64,000 nt of DNA, taken from Octopus vulgaris. Lineage: Eukaryota. Below, piece by piece: positions 1 to 11,883 of the stretch. The number at the start of each line of letters is the position of its first letter. Position 1 is the first letter of the stretch. A program made the translations under genes and the position numbers. The stretch is taken from contig OX597816.1 of assembly GCA_951406725.2 (NCBI GenBank), positions 175,832,001 through 175,896,000 on the forward strand, read 5' to 3'. The notes below the pieces were generated by a model that was not told where the DNA came from, did no database searches, and saw only the letters and a list, made by a program, of their open reading frames with translations.

Positions 1-811
1 AATAGAAACCTTAATGGAAGGGTCAAAAAGGAATCAAAATAGTGCAAGACTGAATATTCTGATGAAAATACATCAAAAGTTTACAGGGTTTTCATGCCAA
101 GTTCAGTGAGAAAGAGCCATTGTCATTCATTTGTTTGCTTGTTTATTATTATTATTAAACTTACCTTATTGGATTAAAGAAACCAACCAAAAGTTAACTA
201 AATTCAACAATTTCATTTTCTGAACAACCTTGCACGACCAAAGAACCATGCTATACCATGCAGACATAGAGCCTTATAAATTGGATGTCATTGTCACAGA
301 GCTAGATTACTGAGAAAGAAAAACATGATTAGAGGAACTATCCCAGCATTCAAAAGGGACAGAGGTTAGTAGAATAGAAATCGTGCTGCAAAAAGTTATG
401 GACTACTAAGCCTAGATTGTACAACACCAATAACAGCACTACAGAGAAGACTTTGCAACAATTTCTAGTTACTCATGAAAATGAATAGATAATATTATAT
501 ACTACTAAAAAATAATTTTACTAAATTTACAGAGTAAAGCATTAATAATTATTATAAACAGAACAATAAAATCCAAATGATATTACAGTAAATAAATTAC
601 CTTTATCTCTATTACTCTAAAGAAACCCAAAATTAAAATTACTGCATGATTGAGTTGCTTAAGATAATACTGGATAAAATTCTTACCAATAATCATTTAT
701 TAGCCAAATTCTGAAACACTAGATTGAGGCATTTTTTTTTAAAGAACAATACCATAACTTAACATTAGTTTTGAATGGTTACTAACATTTACTTCTAAAT
801 TTTTATGTTGT

Positions 812-845
<34 letters not shown>

Positions 846-2801
846 GAAGAAGAAGATAATTCCTTCTAATTTGGCACAAGATCTGCAATTTGAAGGGGAG
901 AAGAGTAAGTCATTTACATTGACTCCAGTACTTGAATGGTACTTTATTTTATCAACCCTGAAAGGATGAAAGGCAAAGTTGACCTCAGTAACTGGAAAGA
1001 AATACCATTGGGTATTGTGTTTGATACTTTAATGATTCTGCTTAATCAATATGTCAATGTTGGCTATGATGATAACTTTCTACAGATGCATGAGACCTTA
1101 GAATTCTTATGGAAGGTGGTTGGAGTGTAATATTCAAGGTGTTTCCAACACAGCAATACAAATAAAGTGAAATGTTTCTAACCAGAACTCAAAAGTGAGA
1201 CACAGACTTGGTTTGCAGAGAACATAACCTTACTCTCTGTTGTTGTTTCTCTTGCTGTTCAATAACAACAACGTCGTCACATTGACATAAAGTCACAAAA
1301 TTGTAATGGACGGTGCAGCCAATTAATTACACTCAGTAGTTCATAGTTCTTTCTTAATTCTAGAGAGATTAAAAGTAACGCCAATCCTAGAATGATTTGA
1401 ACTTGGATTGTAGAGGGACAAAACTAAAAACTGTAAGGAATTTAATTTAACTCATTACTATTTCTCCTGCTTTACTAGTTTTAGTACATTACTGAATTTA
1501 GTTTTATCAACACTGAAGCAGTGAAATTAAATATGATCTCAAGCAGGATTTGGACAAAGAATAGCTAAATGCCAGATATATATGTATATTGTTGATATAA
1601 CCACTTGGTAAATATAAAGACTTAATAGAAAGAATGGATGGCAGGTCTAAATACTTATTCTCTCCTACAAATCTAATCCACAGTTTTTCATCCATCTGTT
1701 ACAATAGTTGCAAGGCTTATATTTTCACAACATAATCAATCAAAGAACTGTTACCAAATCAAGAAATTAAAAGCGGAAAATAATGGAATAATATTAATCT
1801 AGGCTTTACAGAAAAAACAAAACTAATAAGTTACTTTAAAATGTTGGTCTTCAAGTGTGGCTATACAAATACCAGATAAGCTCATTCTTCTCCTTATAAA
1901 TTTGTGACCTTGTGTTTAAGCAAGAAGTCAATGTAGAAAATAAACAAACAAGCAGTGTCAACATGTTAGCTTTGTTTTCTCAGAATGGTACCATTTTCAA
2001 AACTATAAAATTTCTATTGAATGTGATTAAATAAGCTACAGATTAATTATCAAGAAAGAAGAAAAATGAAACAAAAGAAATTATTTCTAACAAAACAATA
2101 TTATATAATTGAAGATAAATACATGTAAGCAATACTTTAAATAGTTTACAGAAATACTAAGTTTGTCCCATCAGCTAAGATTATTAAATCAATAACATGA
2201 AATAGGTTTACCATGGTGGTAAACAGTAACTAGCTTATGATCTATGCTGTTATTTGCATTGTATATCCCCTCTCTTTAAGTTTTACATTGTTTCATGTTA
2301 GCATGGGTGAGATGGTTTTATTTGGAGCAATTCTTTTTGTAACTGGATCCTTTACTATTGCTAATCATTCATCTGTGAAATAGAAGTGGAACTTATTGTC
2401 AACCAGACAAACTAAAACAAGCAGAGCTTTACATCTAGCTTTGAAGTACAATACTACGGCCTTTGAAAAATTTGAACTCATACAAAAACATACAGAAATA
2501 GTCTAGGCAGTCATTATACTTCACCTACAGTTGTAATTTAAACATGTTCAAGAGGCATATTTTTACAAGAACATTCATGTGGAATTGAACTAAATAAGCT
2601 TTATCTAAACTATGAGTTTTACAAGTAGAATAGAAGAAGTTCATAATCTCAATAAATTTGCAATTTTGTTTACTAGTGCCCACTGAATATATTCATATAG
2701 TTTAATCACACCATAGCATCTACTCAAAAAGGGAATGTGAATTTGTTTTCTTAATTAAAAAGTCAATTGAAAATGTTTTAATGAAGAAACAGATGCCATA
2801 C

Positions 2802-3142
2802 CTCATCATCAGCATAATCATTTTCTGAATTTCCAATATCACCATTTTCTTGTTCATTTTCAGCAAAACCTCCATCAGATTCTAAATTAGTAGCTGGTCT
2901 TTCAACCGAAGAGGAATCTATGTCATCAGAGTCACCTGGTGTTAGCATCTGTGCAGGTTTTCTAATGGCTTCTGGATAAACTAAAGTTTCAGAAAGCAAA
3001 AGAGGTTGACATTCCTTCGGTATAGTATCTTCAACTTCTTCTGGCTCAAGTTTGATTAATTCTTCTGGTTCTTCAGGCTTTGTAGACATATATGGCACAG
3101 AGACATAACTTTGTTCCCCAACTTGCTTAGATATATTGTTTT
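2802..3142 (-). CDS. scrib: scribble homolog acidic linker exon, (E)NNISKQVGEQSYVSVPYMSTKPEEPEE...DYADDE
   Basis: 341 nt, ctag/gtatgg, phase 1-0; same frame as ORF 2778..3098; Glu/Asp-rich as expected before PDZ1. Confidence 0.8.
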
Positions 3143-3683
3143 CTAGATAATTGGAATAAAGAATTTTTGATCAGCTGATAGTTGAAGGTAGAGGAAATGA
3201 AATTCAGTTTATACTTTTCAACAATATTCATTGTTCATATAATGAGGCTCCTGTGAATTTCTTACCTTAGTCATGGATTTAATTTGACTTCTGAAGTGAT
3301 GAAATATCATATCATACAGACAATTTGAATTAGTCATAGACTAGAAACTACTTTCACTCTTAACTCTGTAACATTCAACAATACTGCCATTAGACTAAAT
3401 TAGCTCATTTATACTATTAAACTGTCATGTGACATGCCCATAGGATTTCAGGAAAGTAATTCAACATATTAAAACAGATATTATATAGGGCCTATGATAT
3501 TGGTTGAATTAATAAACTATTTTCCCAGGATAACAATTTACAGCTCAGTGAAATGCGCCCTTAATCTTTACCATAGACATTTACATTTTCAGACATTTAA
3601 GTGAACATTGTTTGATTTTGGGGTTAGAATGACTATACCATAATGAAAAACTGACAAAATCACATTAATATTTGTATCCTAGA

Positions 3684-4066
3684 CTAGCAGTATCGCCCGG
3701 CGTTGCTCAGGTTTGTAAGGGAAATAACTATAAAGCATTTTTAGAGAGTTATAGCCAAAAAATAGCAAAAAAATGGAAAAAAATGATGGTAAATTTTTTT
3801 TTTAGTTAAAAAAGGTGGAGTTGCGTCCCCTAGACAGTTTGCGGTTTGTGTTTCTGATTCTCGACCCCATGTCGAATTTATCGATTTTTTTCAGAACTGG
3901 GGGAACTTTTCAAAATTTTCGCTGCGTTAGTTTTGAATTATGACATTGGGCTATGTGTGTGTCAAGTTTCATCAGAATCGGTTGAAAGCCGTGGTCAGGG
4001 TGAGGGTACAAGCAAACAGACACACAGAAACACGCACAGACAAACTGCCGTTTATATAGAGAGAGA
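3684..4066 (-). mobile_element. Non-autonomous Helitron (copy 1)
   Basis: On minus: 5' A|TC, subterminal hairpin CCTGAGCAACGCCGGG, 3' CTAG|T, no TSD. Confidence 0.75.
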
Positions 4067-4090
4067 TATTATCCTTAAGTTGTGACTTAC

Positions 4091-4202
4091 CTTTTGGAGG
4101 TATGGTATAAGTAGGTTGAGGTAAACTCTTTTTCTCTAAATAGCCAGAATCATCAGAAGCTTCTAGCCAGCGTGGATCCCTTTGTGGCATGAAGGATTGG
4201 TC
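4091..4202 (-). CDS. scrib: scribble homolog linker exon, DQSFMPQRDPRWLEASDDSGYLEKKSLPQPTYTIPPK
   Basis: 112 nt, T-rich tract plus aacag/gtaagt, phase 0-1. Confidence 0.8.
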
Positions 4203-4549
4203 CTGTTACAAAAAAGAAAAACAAAAAAAAAACCCATAAAAATGATTTCTCTTATGTATGGATGGAGGCAGAGAGAGAGAGAACGAGTGTGCATGTGTGA
4301 GTGAGTGCATGTCTCATAGATATAAAATATATGAATGAAGTTCTCTGGTGCTAGTTTTCTAATTGTTGAAAATGTGTTTAGAAAAGAATGCAGTGGTTTT
4401 TTCCTAAGTCTCATAAGAGATTAATATATATATTAGGCAGATCAATAGGCAGACAAAAGAATAGTTACAGTTAAGTTGAGCATACTAAAAACCTATTTCA
4501 GTAGAGGCAAGTGCAAAAATTCAGATTAAGGTATCATAAATAGTAGTTA

Positions 4550-5066
4550 CTAGCAGTATCGCCCGGCGTTGCTCGGGTTTGTAAGGGAAATAACTATATA
4601 AGCATTTTTAGAGAGTTACTTCCCTTATAGATGCCAATTCGGGCTTTCTTAGCCATTTCTGTTTTGGTGTCTTCAAGCCATGAAGTCGTTGTTCTAAAAG
4701 AACGCTGGTCTCCTTGACAACGCATTACGACGTTGATTTCCTTACGCTCCCTTCCCCACAGCTTCACGAGGGAGGGAAGAAGGGGAAGAAGCAAACACAG
4801 GTGCAGGTGTTTGAGCGTGGACGCCAACTCCGCCACCATCGACACACGAAAAATTATGCATTAAAATGGAATAAAAAATGATGTTAAATTATTTTTAAAA
4901 TCGTAGACTCATCGTAGACGCACGCTAATAGCCAGACGGGCTCGATATGAATCACGACTATAAGATACCCAAATTTGGTTAAACTGCACCGCAAAATGTG
5001 GGAGTAGTTAGGAATCTAAATCGAAGGGGACAGACACTCACACAACTACAGTTTTATATATATAGA
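4550..5066 (-). mobile_element. Non-autonomous Helitron (copy 2)
   Basis: Same termini and hairpin (CCCGAGCAACGCCGGG); 3' ~65 nt nearly identical to copy 1, internal sequence different. Confidence 0.75.
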
Positions 5067-5129
5067 TATTAGTAGCAATGATGTGATTGCTGCATAGGGA
5101 GAACAGTACAATCACTATTTGAAACTATT

Positions 5130-5850
5130 TTGCTCAAGGCTGGCAAAATGTCTTATGGCATTTCTTCCAGCTTTGTGTTCTGAGTTCAAAATTATGCTGA
5201 GGTCACCTTTGCTTTTCATCCTTTTGGGGTTGAAAAATAAATACCTATTTCTTTATTGCCCACAAGGGGCTAAACACAGAGGGGACAAACAAGGACAGAC
5301 ATAGGTATTAAGTCGATTACATCGACCCCAGTGCGTAACTGGTACTTAATTTATCGACCCTGAAAGGATGAAAGGCAAAGTCGACCTCGGCTGAGCACTG
5401 GGGTCAATACAATTGACTTACTCACTTCCCCAAAATTGCTGGCCTTGTGCCAAAAATTGAAACTATTATTATTATAATTAAGACAGTGAAATTGCAAAAT
5501 TGTTACCATGCTGGACAAAATGTTTAGCGGAATTTTCTTCAAGCTCTTTATCTCCTGAGTTTAAATGCTGCTGAGGTCAACTTTACCTTTCATGCTTTCA
5601 AGGTCCATAAAATACTTACCATTCAGGTACAGGGGTTGACATAATTTACTTCCCACCTCCCTTCAAAATGCTGAGCAGTATTTCATCTGTCTCTATCGAC
5701 ATTCTGAGTTCAAATTTTGCTGAAGTCGACTTTCATCCTTTTGGGATTGATGAAGTAAGTACCAGTTACCTACTGGGCTCAATGGTATCAACTTACCCTT
5801 CCCCCCAAATTTCAGACCTTGTGCTTTTAGTAGAAAGGATTATTATTATT
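5130..5850. mobile_element. Cluster of SINE family B fragments in both orientations
   Basis: Repeated GAGTTCAAAT...GAGGTC.ACTTT...CCTTTCATCC motif; 5248-5392 is an inverted young copy matching 15842-15985. Confidence 0.7.
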
Positions 5851-5854
5851 ATTG

Positions 5855-6710
5855 CTATTTACTTTTAATCTGCATGCTTGTTACAATCACTTGCTGAGAC
5901 ACAGCCAGCGTCCTAGGGCGACTGAAGGATAATAGATGTTATAATATGACTGAAAGTCTGGGGAGGGAAGTGGCAGGGGCAGTAGCAAAATATCTTCATG
6001 TAATACAAAACAGACATTTAAACTGATAGGGCTTTTCTAAGGATGTGGGCAGTACCTGTCAGCACAGTCTTTTGGACTTCTCTGAGACATGGTTCTCTTG
6101 GGATGTTGTCTATATGTTTCTGACATCCCTTTTTTTATCATAACAAGGGCACCTACAATAATAGGAACAGTTCTTGCTTTAAGATGCAACATCTTTTGTA
6201 TTTCAATTTCCAGGTTCTCATATTTACTTAATTTGTCAAATTCCTTTATAGATATATTTTTATAAGTGGGTACACTTACATCTATTAGTCTACAAGTATT
6301 TTCTTCCCTGTCTTTAATAATTATGTCTGGCTGATTAGCTGGGATTGTTCTGTCGGTGATGACTGGAAAATCCCAGAGGATAATGACATTTTTACCTTCA
6401 ATGACTGACTCAGGATGATGCTTATACTAGTAAGCAAGAGTGTCAATTTCGTAGTGTTTACATGTTTTCCAATGTAAATACTGTCCTATCCTATTGTGGT
6501 GATTTTTGTATTTGTTTGGTGTCAGCACAGGACATCCCAAAATGAGATGGTCTATTGTTTCATCAAATGTGTCATAGAATCTGCATTTAAGATCAGAACT
6601 GATTTGAAGAACGTTAGCCTGGTACATTCTAGTAAGCTTTGATACTGTGCCGAGAATATGAAACCTTCAGTCTCTGCTTTCAGTCCTGAACTTCTCGGCC
6701 ACTGATGGGT
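5855..6710 (-). mobile_element. 3' part of R4/Dong-like non-LTR retrotransposon
   Basis: CRF..TIDHLILGCP zinc knuckle, WDF..RPDII REL-like motif, 3' end runs into (TAA)n. Confidence 0.7.
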
Positions 6711-7210
6711 TGTTGTTGTTGGTGGTGGTGGTCGTTATTATTATTATCATCATCATTATCATTGGGGTGGTGAACTATCCCATCCTTTCTTTTCTACTAT
6801 TTAGAGTCTAATAGCCATGTATTTGTCAGTCTTCAGTATATAATTTCATACTAAAAGCTACATTTTCAGAAAATTCTCCACAAATAATTTTCAGTTTCCA
6901 GAATTATCATTTTGCATTTGCAGCCTATCACTCATTAAATTATGAAGATACTAATGTTCTGCCTCAAGACATTTTTGCAATGGAGTCCAGGAACTAATAT
7001 TTGAGTAGAATGAATAGCAGCTCACAATAAAGAATAACTAAGTATTATTCTAGATGTAGCATACACATCCCAACAAATGCATTAATTGTGAATCCAAGTG
7101 CATATGATCAGCATTGCTTGTAATTTTGATGACTTCTGTTTTATGAAGATAATCAGTCCAGTTTCTAAATTTTCTAACACCAGAAGAAATGCTTTTAGAA
7201 CCCATGTTAC

Positions 7211-7324
7211 CTTTTTGTCCTTTTCATGTGGTATAACATGACCATCAATTTCTTTTTTCAGCAGCTTAGCATGTCTATTCTTCAGTTCGCGGGGATGAGG
7301 TGTGCCATGTCGCCTTAGTTGACT
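7211..7324 (-). CDS. scrib: scribble homolog exon (LAPSDb), SQLRRHGTPHPRELKNRHAKLLKKEIDGHVIPHEKDKK
   Basis: 114 nt, catag/gtaaca, phase 0-0; RxxTPHPxELK LAP-specific motif. Confidence 0.9.
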
Positions 7325-8679
7325 CTATGGAGATATAGTAATAGTGAAGTGTTAAGAATTAAGAATATTAAAATAAAACAAAGAAATTGGCTTCTGAACT
7401 AAAAGAGAATGGGTATCTTCACAGCTAAAGTAACCATATCTTGTGGAAGGAGAGCATTATGAGAAGAAGAAAGAGAAATCAATTGATAATCTATTTTAAA
7501 AAAGTTTTTTTTACCAGCTGGTATATATAGATATAAGAAGTGTGTATAATTATGAATAAATCACAATTATAAGGGAGAGGGTTGCAAAAACCCTAAAACA
7601 TCTAGAAATAGCAGTCATAATTATACACACTTCCTTTTATGAGATTTATGATTACATGTTTGGCCATTGATATATTCATAAATAATTACAAATTATGATA
7701 TATCCTCATAATGTATTTTTACATTCCTTTTTAATTATGTATATATATGTACAGTAGAAAAAGAAGTTTCTGAGGGATGCAATTTGGGAAAGATAAGTTT
7801 CAATCGTGCTGTTTATTTTGTAGAGCAACAGGTTTCACGGTTGGAAATAGGTGGGGTACAGTTGTATAAACAAAAACCTTGTCCATCTTCAGGACAGTAA
7901 ATTAAAGATCATAACTACAAATATGGTAGATCTGAGCATATAGGATGAAATCAGTGGGACCCAAGCCATTTGTTCACATCTGTAAAAGTTGAACTAAGCA
8001 CAACAAGCCAAGAAGCACTTGGTGAGTTTGCAGAGTTACTTTTATTAAGAGGAATAAATAGATTTGACCAGCCAATATTAACTACCTACAACTGAGTAAG
8101 CATCAAGAATATAAACTACTGACCATTTTGCTTAGTCCAGTACCTACAACTATGGCTATGCACAAAGATCAGCAAATTCTGCAGCATCATGGAATAATAG
8201 TTAATGCTTCCATAATTAACAATAGCTCATAAGTAAATATAATCCTTGTTAAGAAATAAGTACTGGAGAGAAATTTCACAGAAGGCTTGATAATTATTCT
8301 TTAATTAGACAAACAAAAACAAATATAAACAAGTACCTTGCCAAATGACAATGAAATGCTTGCAATATGATGAGCTCAAAATTCCTGACTACTTCTACCT
8401 GTCTTTGTCATATATATTCACAATTACTATTTAATGAAACCTCTGGCTCAACATCTATGAACCTTACAGTGTTTCTCTTGTTCTTAAAAAGTATTTATCT
8501 AGCAATTAGCAAATCTAGACAGTGATTGCTATGTGATTAACTAATTACTCATATACTGGACTTGCTCTTCAAACATCACAGGTAAGTCATACCCTCCTAC
8601 TACTTACCCAAAGGTAGAAAAAAAATCAGGCTAATCATGGTTGGATGTTCATAAAAATATCAGTTTAAAACTGAATTAC

Positions 8680-9903
8680 TACCCTGGCCGAAAAATTTTT
8701 TGGTTCATAATACCAACCCGGCCGTGAGAACCTGTTATTATTTAAATGTAAATTTGAACCCAAATCTCGTTGGCACATTCGTTAAAACATGTGATTTCAC
8801 ATTGTAAATAGTTAAGTTATAGTATCCGACATTGCTTGAAGTGATATCTCAACTCAGTGAATTTTGGGAGATTTTTTTCCACATTTTTTTCCGGCATCGA
8901 TTTTTCTTCAACTTTGAAAATGGATAGGAGTTTCGTGTTATCAAGCATTGATTCCGAATTTAAAGCTTTTTCAACGGAAAATAGGGAGATATCGAGAAAA
9001 AGAATGAAATTGGTACAGAAGCACGTGGTGTACAAAATAATGAATAAGATTTTTTTATCCGAAAATGAAAGCAGCAATTCTGAAGAAACAAATCGGCGAT
9101 AGCGACAGCAAAGACGAGTTTACATCGGAATGAAGTAAAAAAAACTTTTAAAATGTTTTTATTAGCAATTTTTTTGAGGAGATAAAGTTTATCTATAGTC
9201 TTTCTTAGGAGGCGAAACCATTAGACTTTTATTTTTTCAGTATGCTAGTTTGAAGCAATCACTTCGGAAACAAATTTACGCAGATTGTAAACAAACACAA
9301 AAGTTTGGAAAATTTGTGAAGCAAATACTGGGTACTGTTGTGAATTTAGTTTTTATACAGGGAAACTAATGTTAGTCAGCATGGCTTAGGGTATGATGTG
9401 GTCTGGAATTTATCACTTCCATACCATAACCAGGGCCGTATATTATTTTTTGACCGATTTCTTTAGTTCGGTCAAACTTGCGGTGGATTCCAGTATTTCA
9501 GTTTATTCCACCTTTATGGTACACCTGTTGTGCATTAAATTCAACTGAGGATCTAGTGATATGCACAATTCTTCTTTATCAAAATTTTGTTGCATACCCA
9601 TTTGAATATTAGCTGATGATTCATTTTCTATGGTGACGTTTAAAAAATTTTTTATATTTTTACCTTTTGCTCAATTTACCTGGATTTACCTGTAATTAAA
9701 GTCACTTTGAGACAAAAGTTATACAATAGAATTGATTAAGAACCCTTTCTTTAATTATGTTCCAAATATCACATTAATATGTTGATAAGTAAAAAAGTTA
9801 CAGTTATTTAATGAAACAAGCCTAAATTCATGATTATTTTAGAATTTAATTGAAACTCATGAGGGGTGTATTTTGGTCAGAAATACAGTAACGAAAGGGT
9901 TAA
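8680..9903. mobile_element. piggyBac-type non-autonomous DNA element (one intact end)
   Basis: Ends GTAACGAAAGGG-TTAA (TTAA-CCC terminus); CpG-richer than flanks; left boundary approximate. Confidence 0.5.
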
Positions 9904-10162
9904 GCCAACCAGTTTACTTTGACGAATCATCATCATCATTGTCTTTTTTAAATAAGTGAAAAACGTTAGCAACACAAAATGACACAATAGTGTAATACTC
10001 TGTTTGAAAACAACTAGTTTAGAAAGTTAGTTGAAGGACATAAAATAGTTAGGGGATGTAACTGATAGACGAGTGATTAGAGTATAGTAGATAGAGCCAA
10101 TTAAGGAAGTATAATTTGTCAACTATACAAGAATCTTGTTAAGCAAAATAAGAAAAACTAAC

Positions 10163-10290
10163 CTCAGAAGGACTATCTTCATCATCAGAACATTCACTAT
10201 CTGGAAAATGTACCACACTACCACGGCTACGCTCAGGCCAACTGGATCGACTGTCCTGATCTGTTGCAATGCTTCCACGGAGAAGATTTT
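10163..10290 (-). CDS. scrib: scribble homolog exon, (E)NLLRGSIATDQDSRSSWPERSRGSVVHFPDSECSDDEDSPSE
   Basis: 128 nt, tttag/gttagt, phase 1-0; open frame with an SVVHF motif before an acidic patch. Confidence 0.85.
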
Positions 10291-11883
10291 CTAAATAAAC
10301 AAAGCAAAAAAAATAGTAAAGAGAATATTTCTGTCTTTAAAGAGATTGAATCCAACACTTTTCACAACATTATTTTGTTATGGCTCATTCAATTAGAAGC
10401 ATTCTCAGAAAATCCATGAAGACATATCACAATGTTCATCATTAAATATGTGAATCTACTGTTTTATTGGTAAAACACCACTGAATGCCATATTAGTTTG
10501 GGTTGTATTGGTTCAGCTTGCAACTTTCTCAAAGCATTGAAGTTAAAAATTATTAAGGAACAAATGGAGGGAAGCAAGTTCATATCATAATGTTGATGTT
10601 GTTATTAATGTGAGTGTTGTAAAAAAGGAGGTAAACTTTTGATTAGATCATACTTCTAATGTAATTGGGAAAGGGATTTCATGAAAATAAAAAATCAACA
10701 TTTCAGATTTTTTACCTCCTTTGTGCTAAGGAAAAACAAAAAAATGTTGTTGATGACTGCATGTTAAATTCAATGATGGATCTAATCCATCTTTTACTTT
10801 AACAAGATGACATCACAGCACAACACTATCATTTGATAGAATTAAGAAATTAAAATAGTTTAAGATAATGATAGATTTTCAAAGTTATTATTATATTAAC
10901 TAAATATTATGAGGAAATTTACATGTAAAATAAGAATGTTCTCCTTGTAAAAGATTTAAATTTAGTAAACTTAAACAAATTACTTGATCACATAAGAATA
11001 TAATAGAAATAGAAAAAAGGTAGCAAACAGGAATTCTCTCAGACTGTGTAATAATTGGAATAAAATTTTTCCAATCTATGAAATCTTCAAACCAAAATGA
11101 GAATACTGATATATTTATTTACACCATTAGATTTCTCAGATTATAAGATTTAAATCAATGAATTAAGTTAACTCTAAAATGATTACAATACGGATTGTTG
11201 AAAGGAAATCCCAAGTTGATTTCAAATGCTGATAATATTGAGGCATTTCTAATATCAAATACTAGCAGGACCCATGGAAATTCCATGGAATAAAAAAAAA
11301 TAAGAGTTATTTAAGAAAGAAAGGACGTATTGCATTTTTATTGCATATAAATCTTATTGTTGGCTGCTCAATAAATGACTGAAAAATATACAACAATCTA
11401 TATAAAACTTAATAGATATATCATTTGTTAGTATTTAATTCTATTGAAACTGCAAGATCAATATATAATTGCATATTCCTTATTATGCAATATTTTATCT
11501 TTATTACTTTACATTATATACTATTAATGTACACAAAATGATATAGAGAATATATACAATGTTTTATTTACATGATTAGTTTCAATTCCAGTGCAATTAA
11601 AAAACAAAAATAACATTCATGGCTATTTTGCTAAGTTATTTCACTTTCAGTCACAGTATTATATTATATGATTTTAAAATTTTCCTCTGCTAACCACTTA
11701 ATATTTCTCTCTCTCTCTCTCTCTCTCTTCTTCTTCTTTACCTCTTACTTCAACAAATGTAGTTAACATTTTTCTTTCTTTCTCTCTCTTTCCCTCTCTC
11801 TCTGTCACTCTCACTCCACTTCCTCCTTTCTCTAACAAACTAAAGTGTAATGTGTGAACAAACATACAAGCAGAATTATAATA

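Noticed and set aside
3266-3340. Extra scribble exon using the AAG|gtaaga donor at 3265
   Set aside because: Both candidate acceptors (25-nt and 75-nt exons) introduce stops in the required phase 1
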